Source: Laetmonice hystrix (lineage: Eukaryota). From it: DNA of 64,000 nucleotides. The notes beneath the pieces were generated by a model. The model was not told the origin of the DNA and did no database searches. It worked only from the letters and a program-made list of their open reading frames with translations. Positions 1-11,369 of the stretch are shown piece by piece. The stretch lies in contig OZ249436.1 of assembly GCA_965235115.1 (NCBI GenBank), positions 28,398,001 to 28,462,000 of the forward strand, given 5' to 3'. The translations under genes were made by a program, and so were the position numbers. Within the stretch, counting starts at the first letter, position 1; the number at the start of each line of letters is the position of its first letter.

Positions 1-607
1 AAAGCATAATCCACTTCTAGGGTCTTAAGAGCTCTTCCGATCGTCAAAATGGAGGCCGAGGAGGGTGCACTGGTTGCTCTCACCTTCGCCTTATTGGCCG
101 AAGGTGAGGAACAAGAAATCCAAGAAGGGGAAAAAGGACAAAAAAGAAAACATAAATGTTGGGTGCTCGCTATGGTAATCTGGAATCGCTTCCTTTTTTC
201 TTTGCGGTTTCTTCCTCTGATGAAGTCGCCTTTCGAATCATGGCTCTCGCCATCTAGAAAGTTCAAGGCGGTTTCACGAACATACGCGATTTGATTGGTC
301 AGTTATCGTCAGATGGTGCTACCCCCTAGCTTTTTGGGCTCGCTTTAGACCTTCCGCGCTCTACCGAGTGCTTACGAATGCACCACTTTTAAAATGTTCT
401 TTATACCAGAAACCGGGATCTTTTTTTGTGGGGGGGGGGAGGGGGGCTAAACGTATTCATACCGCGTCTTACTTCATAAAGTAGACCTATTATATTATAA
501 CGAGTAGGCCTGCTACAATGTAAGTATACATGTAGACGTAACCTATTGGAACCTATATAGTGTCACTGCCTGACATTTTCACAGCCACCCATCGGTTTTT
601 CGAGCAC

Positions 608-3219
608 CAGGGGCGGATCCAGGTTTGCGTCAACTGGGGGGGGGGGGGTTATCGGGTGCCAAGGGAAAAGGGGGTTGTGTGTGCCGGGGTGTGTATGTAG
701 GTATATATGAGTATAACCACCTCGCTGCGCATCTGCACCAAAATTGGTGTCATTTGTGAATACCTGCGCTTTATTAACACGTAACCTACACCAAGATAGG
801 GCAGGCAGTGGCGGTTCCGGAAACGCTTAAAAGCAGTTCTCAAAAGAGTCATTCCGGCAAATGTGTACAGGCATGTGGTTGAGCGTAGATCTATACCTGA
901 CCTTAACTACATGTACATGTATGTAATAGTTGTAGGTTTGCCTACAAAATAGTTGTAGGTTTGCCACAAGGCCCACACAAAAGGAATGGTTAAGCTGACA
1001 ATATGCGAGTAGAAGCTGTTATAAAAACCTTTCCCAGGATGAAGTAATGAAAAGTAGCACTGTAATTAGACACATTGAAAACTGTTAAGCTGTATGTCTG
1101 AGGCTATCATGTATGTATAATCCAAAATTATAAACGATAGCTCTTGTCAGTGGCGACATGCCAGGCGCGGATCGAAAGGGGCGCCTTTTTTTCTAAGAAT
1201 TGACATAAATAATTTTTAGGCCAGGCCTAAATGCTTTGAGAAACTTCACAATCTTTATCTCTAGATATCGGGAAATAGCGTTTTAAAAATTCAAACATTT
1301 TCTGGGGGAAGACATTTTCGCATTAAAAACAGACGTGTTCATAAACATTTACGGCTTTTAGGGAAATTTCATATCCTTGCACCCCCCCCCTTGGTAAATG
1401 TTGTAGCCGCGCTACTGCTATAAATAGAGTATGGCCTATGTAGTTATAGGGCCTATGTGCGCAACCTGGAAGATGTAGACCGTATTCTAGGCTGAGTTAT
1501 TTCAGGAAGAGGGGTGCACCTTTTGGTGGATAATCGGTGGTCATTTTTGGGGGCCCTCCCCAGAATTTTTGTTCAGAACGCTGGAGAAGTATTTTTTTGA
1601 ACATATTATAGGGTAGAAATTTCTCCCAAATCTTTCAACGAAATTGCATTATTTTTATGCATGAAGCATAGGAAATAGGCAACTGTTTGGAAAATATGGG
1701 GGCCGAGCCGGGTGCCCCCCCCCCGAATCCGCCACTGCTGATATAGTCAGTTCTAATTGTTGAACCTAATCAAAGTATCAGCAATACACATGTAAGATTC
1801 AAAGATGGGGATACGTTTCATGTTATGTGTACTCCTTTTATAAAAGAATAATCGTCTCTCGCAAATATAATTTACTCGTTAAGGTCGTTGCCAAGGAAGA
1901 ACCCAAAATTGGGCATTGCTTATTTGTGGTCCAATAAGTACGTCTTTGTAAATCACTTAGGCCTTATATAGGCCTATAGGATAGGCACTTAGATCAATGA
2001 TACTCAGCAACTCAAAAATAAGTTCTGGTTTTGTCAACTTCTGTACGTAGCATAACCAGAAGAAAGTTACAGAGTAACCAAACGTTACGTAACAATATTT
2101 TTGGTAATACATACCCCCCCCCCCCCCCCCCCCCCCCCAACAACAACAACAACACTGTTTTATACTGGAAAACATAAAGTACCTTTTCGGTGTTCTTTTC
2201 TAAGCGTCCGTCGAAGGAAACGAGGATCATCTGCGGTGTGTCGGCCGGTGGAATTCCCCCGGGAATATTTGTTGACGGACAAAGACAGTTGGGGAGCCGG
2301 CACACAGTACCATTACAAGCTGTAGCTGTCACGACGGGAGGCTCAAACAGTGTCACCGTAAGTATGGCAAGCATCCACCAAATCAACACACAACGCCCAG
2401 CATATAGATCCATTTCACACTTTCTCCTCGGTATTCGTTATCAATCTCGTACAAATTAAGTTGTCCCCATCCAGACTCATTCACAGGGTCTGTGGGTGAT
2501 TTCCCGACTTTTTATCGCCAAGCACAGTCACAGTGAGTTGAGAAATGGACCTCATTGAACTTCTTCTTAAAAACGCATCGTCACGGTAGACAGTCCTGCT
2601 TGAATGCGGAGGCGTCTCTCGCATGCAGTCTGTGGCCATTAAGAAGTGCGCCTAGACTGTTTGACAGACGGAGCCATTCCCTTAGCACATGAGTCAGCAG
2701 CGGCAGTAGCTACGTTAAAGCTGCACACACGTACCCCACACCTCCCCACTCCACATATTTTTCACACATGTAGGCCTAGACCAGGCCGGACCCAGAAGTT
2801 GGATGGATCCAGGATTTTCAAGACGGGGGGGGGGGGGGGGTGCTATGGAAAAAGGGCGCTTTCTCACCCCACCCCCCAAGTGAGTAGCCTACACAGTCAA
2901 ATAAAAGTGGTATAGATCTATGCACATAGGCCTATCAACAGGGCCGTAGCTAGAGTGTCGGGGCACTGAGTCAGGGGCGGATCCAGAAATTTGGTAAAGG
3001 TGGTGTCCCCTATGCGAGCACCAAAGGCGCGAAGCCATAAAGGGGGGGTTAGGGGGCCCTCCCCCAGAAAAAAATAAAATTACAGTGCCAAATAGGCCTA
3101 CGCGATATAGACCAGCCTTAGGCCTAAAGAAAAGGGCACCGTGGTGGGGGGGGGGGGGAGAGAAAAGGGCACTTGGGGCGAGGGGGTTACGCCCCCTGCA
3201 CCCCCTGGGTCCGCCACTG
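608..3219. mobile_element. Cluster of partial poly-G/poly-C-containing CAG(G/T)GGCGGATCC-type hAT-like MITEs (ends near 608, 1148-1417, 1737, 2973-3219) around the CDA exon
   Basis: Recurrent termini CAGGGGCGGATCCAG and (G/A)ATCCGCCACTG, with the shared internal motifs GCGCGAAGC and CCCCCCAGAAAA. TSDs are not clearly retained. Confidence 0.6.
2183..2413 (-). CDS. First coding exon (77 codons) of a secreted chitin deacetylase / polysaccharide deacetylase (CE4, NodB-like) family gene; downstream exons lie left of the window
   Basis: ATG at 2413. Translation is MDLYAGRCVLIWWMLAILTVTLFEPPVVTATA-CNGTVCRLPNCLCPSTNIPGGIPPADTPQMILVSFDGRLEKNTEK. It has a hydrophobic signal-peptide-like N-terminus, then the C-x4-C-x-LP-x-C-x-C...IPGG...PQM(I/V)xxxFD pattern that begins animal CDA catalytic domains. 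A phase-0 donor AAG|GTACTT follows at 2182-2181, and the ORF degenerates into poly-G right after it. Confidence 0.88.
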
Positions 3220-3381
3220 ATATAGCCAAGGGACGCTATCGATGAAGTCAGACGACTCCCCCCCCCCCCTTCTCCAATGTAGAGAGGACCACTTTTTCGT
3301 GCAAAAAAGGGCGGGACCCACCTTCACCTTGTTCCAAGCTGCCATGCCCTGGTAGGATAGTCTGGGGTCATACCTCTCTGG

Positions 3382-3645
3382 CAGGGGCGGATCCAGCTTT
3401 TTCCATTAATAGGGGGGAGGGGGTCAACGTGTTCAGTGGCGACACCAACGTGACTGTATGAGCGCGAAGTCTGCAAGCGCCGAAGGCGCGAAGCCTTCCT
3501 AGGGGGTACGGGGGCATGCCCCCCCCCCCGGAAATTTTTGAAATTTAAGGTGTAATTTGTTGCAATCCAATGCGTTTTGGAGCACAAAATAAGCTATTCA
3601 ATGACCAATGTGACCAAGGGCAAAAGGGCCCTGGATCCGCCAGTG
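3382..3645. mobile_element. Non-autonomous hAT-like MITE with 5-bp TSD (TCTGG)
   Basis: TIRs are CAGGGGCGGATCCAG and CTGGATCCGCCAGTG. TCTGG occurs at 3377-3381 and 3646-3650. A paralogous empty site is present at ~8796-8800. Confidence 0.85.
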
Positions 3646-4134
3646 TCTGGTATAATAAAGGGGCGGCTCCAGGAGTCTTTGAAAGGCGGGCCCACCCCCA
3701 ACCCCCGCCCCGCACCCCCCACCCCCACCCCCCACCCTAATCCGCCTCTGACATATTTGAAATGGTATAAATAGGGCTACAGTGAATTCTGATGTAATCT
3801 TACAAGCTATGTTACCATGTCCGCCGCTAGATGCCGCCTGTGCGAATAGACCGCCACCTATATATTGATCGTGAGATCACTTAAAATGGCCGCGGCGCCC
3901 CCTCTTGAGAAAAGATGGAACGAAACAGAAGATATCAACCCACTTCGTAAGCCTAGAATAGCCTGGCATAGGCCTATGGATAGTATGGGCAAGGGGGAGT
4001 AGAATCTAGGTTTGGGTTCAATTTATAAGCAGAAAAAAAGAAAAATTACTTGCCCCGGCCGATCGGGATCCGCCACTATAAAATAGCGGTAGGCCTATAG
4101 GTTATAAGCAGAAAAGGGGTTAAAATTAGGTATA

Positions 4135-4512
4135 CAGGGTGATCCAAAAAATGTCCAGGCCAAACTAGGCAACCTTAACCTATTTCCTATAGAGAATCTT
4201 CTTACATAAAAAATAGTCTTTAATTCATCAAAATCAGTGAATCAAATGAAAAGTTATGCCGCTTTTGGTGGAGCGAAGTATTTGTCTCTTTGTCTCTAAA
4301 CCGTGGCCAGGTCTAGATAATAAGAATCGGTTATATGAACTAGGTAGAGTTTGACTTTGCTGCACCAACAATGACATAACTTTTGATTCGCTTGACTGAT
4401 TTTGAAAAATAAAGACTGTTTTTCATGTAAGAAGATTCCCCATCAGGATCCGGGGGAGCATGGATTGTTAGATTGCCTGGTTTGGCGCGGACATTTTTGG
4501 GGGGACACCCTG
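4135..4512. mobile_element. Tc1/mariner-like MITE (TA TSD)
   Basis: TA|CAGGGTGATCCAAAAAATGTCCAGGCCAAACTAGGCAA ... TTGCCTGGTTTGGCGCGGACATTTTTGGGGGGACACCCTG|TA. Confidence 0.8.
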
Positions 4513-5580
4513 TATATAGACCTATTATGTGCACCTGCATGTGCAATCGTCAGGTTTTTAGGGAAAAGTGATGTGATGAAAATTTATATCATTCGTGAAT
4601 GGGGGGGGGGCTATTATCTAATTATTCTAATCCATTATATTATGTCAGATTTCATGGCCGTCCGAAGGGGAGGGGGTGCGATGGGTTCGGTCGCATGCAC
4701 CCCCCGTTTCTGTCAAATTTACCCCAATTTCTATGTCCTATTATCACATTATAATGGTATGATAATTATGAGCATGCAGGTCATAATGGTAAGAATGTAG
4801 GCTAGATTTTACAGTTTTAATAACATTTTGTGAGTACATCCCGAAAACAATGCATGCATGTATACACATGCATGCATGGTGAACTCGAAATGGGAGATAT
4901 AAAGGGGGAGAACTTCTCGAAGCCAGAGATTGCTCCTCCGCCATTTTGACGCCATTTAGCACACTTTTCCTCACATTGATTCTGACTACTTTTGATGTCA
5001 ACCGGAGAACTCGAAATGGGAGAAAAAGGGAGAGAACTTCCCGAAGCGAGAGATTGCTTCTCCGCCATTTGACGAGGGTTAGTGAAATTACCCTCGTCCG
5101 GTAGTCCACATATAGTTAGTCAGCTGCAGCTGGTTGTAGGCCCAATATTATTGTTTTGGCAATAACGTGGAGGATTCAGGAGATGAGGACGGATCTCACA
5201 AATTTACCCCCTCAACCCCCTGGCTCAGTTCAAGGTCAAGTCAGCGACCTTCGGGTGGTTAAGGGTTGTCAACTCTATTTCACTATTCTCTAAAAAATAT
5301 CTAGGGCCTATAGTCATTTTTTGACCAGATCGCCTGATCATTTTTTATAAAACTAGAAACGTGTTATTTTGAGGAGAAATTCTATTACTTTTCACATCAA
5401 CAGGATCAAAGTAGAACAGTTTCGGTCATTCTGAACAGATCTCCCGGATCAATTTGATCAGAGTAGTGCAGGTGCCCGATTGACATGTTGACCTGATCAA
5501 ATTTGATCAGTTTCTCGTTATATTTGACTAGTTATTTTTTAATTTTTTAATTAATTTTTTTAATATATATCAATATCCTG

Positions 5581-5814
5581 GGGCGGGTTGCACTAACGGT
5601 CCTACGGGTTAGGACTGAATTTAGGACCAGTCCGACTGAGTGTTGTGACCCCCAAGCACTTCATATCTATCTGAGTTTCAATAGCCCTTCAGATAAAAGT
5701 TGACGAATTATATTTAAACTGTGATATTGGCCCCTGCTGAATGTAGGACTGGTCCTAAATTCAGTCCTATCCCGTATAGGCCTATATCTATAGGACTGTT
5801 AGTGCAACCCGCCC
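5581..5814. mobile_element. PIF/Harbinger-like MITE
   Basis: About 50-bp TIRs GGGCGGGTTGCACTAAC...GTTAGTGCAACCCGCCC, flanked by CTG and CAG. Confidence 0.8.
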
Positions 5815-5870
5815 CAGTGCCTACCACGTCTGATAACGCGCATTGCGCCGGTCGAGATGGCCGGTCGAGA

Positions 5871-6642
5871 TTCTTCTTCTTCTTCTTCTTCTTTCTTCTT
5901 CTTCTTTCTTCTTTCTTCTTCTTTCTTCTTCTTCTTCTTCTTTCTTCTTCTTCTTCTTCTTCTTCTTCTTCTTCTTCTTCTTCTTCTTCTTCTTCTTCTT
6001 CTTCTTCTTCTTTCCTTCTTCTTCTTCTTCTTCTTCTTCTTCTTCTTCTTCTTCTTCTTCTTCTTCTTCTTTCTTCTTCTTCTTCTTCTTCTTTTCTTCT
6101 TCTTCTTCTTTTCTTCTTCTTCTTCTCTTCTTCTTCTTCTTCTTTCTTCTTCTTCTTCTTCTTCTTCTTCTTCTTCTTCTTCTTCTTCTTCTTCTTTCTT
6201 TTTCTTCTTCTTCTTCTTCTTCTTCTTTTCTTCTTCTTCTTCTCTTCTTCTTTTCTTCTTCTTCTTTTCTTCTTCTTCTTCTTCTTCTTCTTCTTCTTCT
6301 TCTTCTTTTCTTCTTCTTCTTCTTCTTCTTCTTCTTCTTCTTCTTTTCTTCTTCTTCTTCTTCTTCTTCTTCTTCTTCTTCTTCTTCTTCTTCTTCTTCT
6401 TCTTCTTCTTCTTCTTTCTTCTTCTTCTTCTTCTTCTTCTTCTTCTTCTTCTTCTTCTTCTTTCTTCTTCTTCTTCTTCTTCTTCTTCTTCTTCTTCTTT
6501 CTTCTTCTTCTTCTTCTTCTTCTTTCTTCTTCTTCTTCTTCTTCTTCTTCTTCTTCTTCTTCTTCTTCTTCTTCTTCTTCTTCTTCTTCTTCTTCTTCTT
6601 CTTCTTCTTCTTCTTTCTTCTTCTTCTTCTTCTTCTTCTTTC
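5871..6642 (+). repeat. (TTC)n / (GAA)n microsatellite, ~770 bp, interrupted by occasional extra T
   Basis: Directly visible. The plus strand is pure pyrimidine across the tract. It explains the long poly-S/F/L and poly-K/R/E ORFs. Confidence 0.98.
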
Positions 6643-6789
6643 CAAATTAATCAATGTTCATATTCGTATAGCCCATGCAGTCCGCCACCGCCACCGCCAC
6701 CGCCACCCCCCACGGTTTCGTTCAGTGGTGGTGGGCGTGACCCCATCACACAGACTGGCTGAACTGTGGTCAAGTTGGGTTCCCCTTTA

Positions 6790-7276
6790 CAGAGGCGTAG
6801 GAAGCCCTTTAAAAGTGGGGGGGGGGGGGGGGGCAACAGGGCCATGCGCAGGATTTTTCCATGGGGGATTAGGCGGCCTACAGTTTGGCGGGGTACTGGG
6901 CGAGCGCCGAAGGCGTAAAGCCATGCTAGGGGAGTCCGGAGGCATGCCCCCGCCCCCCCCCCCCCGAAAAAAATTGAAATTTATAGTGTAATCTAGGCCT
7001 AATTTGGTGGCATTTGGTAGGCTACATCTTTTATCTAAACAATGTCATGCTAGGGGAGTCCGGGGGCATGCCCCCCGAAAAAATTTGAAATTTATAGGCC
7101 TAGTGTAATTTGGTGGCATTTGGTGCATCTTAGAGCACAAAATAAGGTCTGAAATGTGAGAAATTACCCTCCTTCTCCATAGACTTAGGGCGGGAAAAAG
7201 TGGGGGGGGGGGGGCAAAAGATAGGCTACTCTGGCCCCCTTCATTTCAAAGTGGCCCCCCTATTCCTACGCCCCTG
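6790..7276. mobile_element. hAT-like MITE with 5-bp TSD (CTTTA), containing an internal ~100-bp duplication
   Basis: CTTTA|CAGAGGCGTAGGAA ... TTCCTACGCCCCTG|CTTTA. The internal block CATGCTAGGGGAGTCCGG...CATCTT is repeated at ~6922-7030 and ~7046-7131. Confidence 0.8.
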
Positions 7277-7319
7277 CTTTACTTTTATCGAAAAACTCGG
7301 ACTCGATCTGCCCCTGAAA

Positions 7320-8340
7320 CGTCAGCAGGGTAGGCACCTTTGCGCCAGGCACGGTAAGGCCTAGTAGGTGAGGCCAAGCTGCACTGAGACTGAGAGCTGC
7401 AGCAGCTGGGCTGCTCCAAATTTAGCAGGGAGACGTTTTGCCGTGACAGCGCGCGGTTGTCACGTGTTCCGGTCGCTCCACGTTCTCCCGGCGCCGTGGA
7501 GCATCACGAGTGCAGCAGATGATGGGCGTGGAGTACACACGTGTGCTTTGTTTATCGCCGACCTACACGCAAGTCATGTAGTCCTCATCCGCGGATACTG
7601 ACAATTCGTAGTCCAATGCCTGCGAAAGGTAAGGATTTCAACTGTTGTTGCCTATTCCTGTGGCTTTGTTATTTAGACATTGGCACGGGCCCGCGGGGTT
7701 ACCCCACGACCCGGCCGTGCGGTGAGTGGGGCCGCGAATGGGGCCAGGGCAAAGCATTGCATTGGCATTTCGCCGCTGTGCTGTGTTGATACCAATGATC
7801 GGCAGGTAGGTAGGTAGGTCCTACACACAGAGCCGGTGCAGTGTGCTCTCACCTGAGACGAAGCGAGGTGTAGCAGTACAGGCTACATCAGTGTGCACGT
7901 CAAGATGAAGATCATGAAGATGTTCTTGTTGCCTTGCTGACGTGCTGTGCCGTCAGGCTGTGGCTCTGCCTGTGGTTTTGCATAGAACTGTGGTTTTTGG
8001 ACATGGCAGATAGATAAGCCAGGGAGCGACCGGCTGTGTCGGACAACGGTACGCGTCCACGTAACACCGGTCCGAGCCGCGCCCTGCCCGGCGGCCCCAC
8101 CACATCCAACCCCAGCGCCAGCGGTAGAACGTGGTACAGCTAGGGCCGACAGCATGCCTTCTGTTCGATTGCATTGCCATTGGTGTGCTGTTCAAACGTT
8201 GTGAAAGCCTGTCCCCCTCTCCACCCCACCAGTCCAAATGTACTCTGTACTACAACAGCTCTGCGCCTGGTGGGGCGGGGATGGGGCGGGTCGGGGGGAG
8301 GATCCGGTGGGTTGAGGGTCCCTGCGTGATGGTAGGCCTA
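7320..8340 (+). promoter_or_regulatory. CpG/GC-rich promoter and first-exon region
   Basis: There is a visible rise in GC and CpG content relative to the flanks. E-boxes occur as GTCACGTG (7459-7466) and CACACGTGTG (7536-7545), with GC boxes around 8272-8298 and a strong splice donor at 7629. Confidence 0.7.
7616..7628 (+). CDS. Probable coding end of exon 1 (M-P-A-K + 1 nt, phase 1) of a large unidentified plus-strand gene; could instead be a uORF in a 5'UTR exon
   Basis: ATG CCT GCG AAA G is followed by the near-consensus donor AAG|GTAAGG (GT at 7629-7630) inside the CpG island. No recognisable downstream coding exon was found in the window. Confidence 0.45.
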
Positions 8341-9832
8341 GCTACTATTGGTAGGACATGTCTGACTGCATGACCTATCTGTACTGCTCATCCAGGCACT
8401 TGTTGAAAGGTATAAAATATAGACTCTACGCTGTTGAGATACACGGTCAGTTTATAAGTATTTATAAAATAAAAATAGAAAAATAGATGGATGCAAATTT
8501 CAAATACCAGACTTTGAGTTTGAGCTTGATAACGTATTATTTATTATAGTATTTAGACTGTGGCACTGGCAGTGGTTTTCTCTCAATAGGCTGAAGCTAT
8601 ACTTGAAGATTCTTTGTTTACAAGAAACTAAATGGAACGGACAGAAGAACAACATACAGATGTATGAGTTTTAAAATGCTGTGGTGCTGGGCTAAATAGA
8701 CCACTTTTTCGTGCAAAAAAAGGGCGGAACCCACCTTCACCTTGACCTTGTTTCAAGCTGCCATGCCCTGGTAGGATAGTCTGGGGTCATACCTCTCTGG
8801 TATATAAAGGGGCGGCTCCAGGAGTTTTTGAAAGGGGGGCCAGCCCCCCCCCCCCCCAATCCGCCTCTGATATAATATTTGAATAAATAGATCTGTCCTT
8901 ACTTGGTCATTCTGTCTGTGCCAACATCTTCTTCACATCTAAACAATAGTCAATATACCAGTACATGAGTACTGAGTAGTCAACTCCTGTCTTGCTTCCT
9001 ATATGCTATAACATTTCAATGTGTCCTTTTTCGTTTTCTGTCGTTTTTTGGTTACCGGTACTATTTAACATCAAACCACAGCACCAAAATTAAATTCAAT
9101 AAAATCTTTTAATTTTGTAAATTTATACATGAGATAAATGTGTTAAAATGTTTTGTATAAATACCATGTACGTGTACATGACGAAATTACAGAAGGGAAG
9201 ATCACACTAAGAATGAAAGATGATCAGTCCAGGAAATCATTATTTTAAGTACTGCACTAAATGGACTTTTTCATAGGAAAGGGGGTTACGCAACCTCTCC
9301 CCCCCCCCATACACCTTTTTGAATTGACCCTGGTCAACTGTCGACTCCCCTGGTAATTATTTCCTTCCTTCAGCCCCCTGTCCTGGATCCCCCCTGAAAG
9401 CCCTCCTTTCTTGTATAAATATGCTATAAACGCCGGTATAGAAGGTAAATTCTCTTGTGAGTCACGGGAAATTAGATCTAAGTAGATATTTGAATCCATG
9501 ATTGATGACATTCATCTCCTTTGCCAGTCTGCGTCCTAGTTAGGTATGGCTGGTTTCGAGTTTAATCAAACTGAAAGAGCATTTTGTTCTAGATAGTGAT
9601 TTTGTGGGAAGCCTGTTCAGACAGACATATTTATTTCAAATAAAAGTAACATGATGTCCATTCCCTTGATTAGAAAGTGGAGCTAAGTTTAGACCATTCA
9701 TTTGATTAAGTCGGTAAATAAGAAGATACACCTTTTTGTAGTAAGGCACGGGAAGAGAGGAAACAATTTCGAATTGTAATGATTGTACTACTTTGTTAGA
9801 AGTGTATTTACCAGGAAGGATTCTTCATCACT

Positions 9833-9997
9833 TAGGTCAGGTTCTCAGTGCTGCTCCGGAGCAACTTCTCCCGGAGCAACCTTCTGGCCGAGGTAACTCA
9901 GCCGCCCATCTGTGCAAAGTTACCCTGGGGTAAGGGCGCTCACATACAGCTCACTACCACTGACCCTGGGAAATCCTCAGTGTGAGCCTGATCCTAG
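9833..9997. mobile_element. Degenerate Harbinger-like MITE
   Basis: Imperfect TIRs TAGGTCAGGTTCTCAGTG and CAGTGTGAGCCTGATCCTA. Confidence 0.45.
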
Positions 9998-11369
9998 AAT
10001 AGCGTAAACCATTTACAGTTTTCTAATACCGAGGAAGTAGATTTGTCCGACAAGCAGGGCTATTGACCACCCCCGAGAAGAACGCCGGAATTCCTTTTTC
10101 ATGCCTCATAATTTCCCAATAAATATGAAGTTGAAATAGGCGATGTTAGCTTCGGCTTATAAGAATGTCGTAGACCAATAATTACATGTAGCTTGGGATT
10201 GAAACATTGAATTATGCCTGAGAAAATTTATCAAGTTTTAAACTGATTAGAACTTACCGAGGTTGTTTAACTTTTCAAAACACGCTGTATGCAGTTTCCT
10301 TTAATTCTTAAACTTATGTTTTTCAAGTGAATGCGACAGTCATAGGCTCATGGGGAACTCTTTGAAAGGAAATTGAGATGTCATTTTTTAATCTTCCATA
10401 TCCAGCTACTAAGCCAAGAGCTGAAAAAAAGTTCAGTGTGCTTCAGTGGGTAATATAAATCTTGTCAGACAAACGAAAAATGGAATCCCTGAGGAGTCAG
10501 GAAGGAATCTGTAAAATGACACGTGACGTTAATTATGTTTCGAAATACATGTACTCCTATTTCGTCGAGGTTTCAGCTTGAAAGCTGGCCTGCTATGATT
10601 GGCCGGGACGGTTTGTTGAGTGGATGGGAGGACCATGTCCGGCTGTGAGAATTACGGGTATTAGATGACCTTGTGGGAGCTCACACTCAGTGGTCCCTGC
10701 CTGCCTGCGGTCTTCTGGTAGATGTGTATGGGTTCGGAGAATCCATCGGAGTTAACAGTGCAGGCCTTCTCATGTTGTTCTATTTAATATGTCTGACATG
10801 AGAACCAGAGGTACTACTGGTAGAACCCTGCCTGCTCCTGCTTGTCTTTTGGACTTTAAAATCGATTTTGTACAAACCGGCGTTGTGGTATGACGTTTCG
10901 ACCCTGAAAGGTATAATACAAGAGGATGACAATCGGGTAAGTGTTAACCTTCTATGGGAGGAAATTTCAGGAGTTGCTGCCATTCTGGTCAATGCTAAGA
11001 AAATTACGTTTTTCAGATATTAATGTTGTAATGAGGGTGCTCGAAGTCTACTCAACTATCATTGTCATAAGTAAGTTTTTTTAGGGAATCATGAGTAACC
11101 TGGATACATTTTAGGATTGTCGCTCGTTTTAGCATTTGTATCAGATCAGTGAAAGTTTTAATTATGCTCTATCACTTAAAAATATGATAATCTGGAAGAA
11201 ATTAGTATTGAAAGAATTGGCAGGAAAGGTTGATATTTTTCGTGGACTATGTTTGAGTTAATCTTCGGACCACTTAGCCCCCCGAATGTGCGGGGGCCTC
11301 TATTTCGACCTTTCCTGATATTAAAAAGCCAATTGGGGTCGTGCATCTTTTCAGTGGCTTGTGCCTTCA

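Noticed and set aside
49..294. 81-aa ORF whose start (..KRKHKCWV) recalls a Harbinger transposase N-terminus
   Set aside because: It is too short and has no catalytic motifs. At best it is a transposon remnant and cannot be supported.
2012..2182. C-terminal part of the 133-aa ORF (poly-Gly)
   Set aside because: It is read-through into the intron past the donor at 2182, and the Gly run comes from a poly-C tract.
3886..3946. AAAATGGCCGC start, MAAAPPLEKRWNETEDINPL, then GTAAG donor
   Set aside because: It might be a relic first exon of a transposon accessory gene, but there is no continuation and no recognisable domain.
5721..6991. Four ORFs of 277-382 aa (poly-S/F/L and poly-K/E/R)
   Set aside because: They are translations of the (TTC)n microsatellite.
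10889..10922. Minus-strand ACCT-TTCA-GGGT-CGAAACGTC resembling a hammerhead stem II/III
   Set aside because: The CUGAnGA box is absent (it reads CTTGTATTA).
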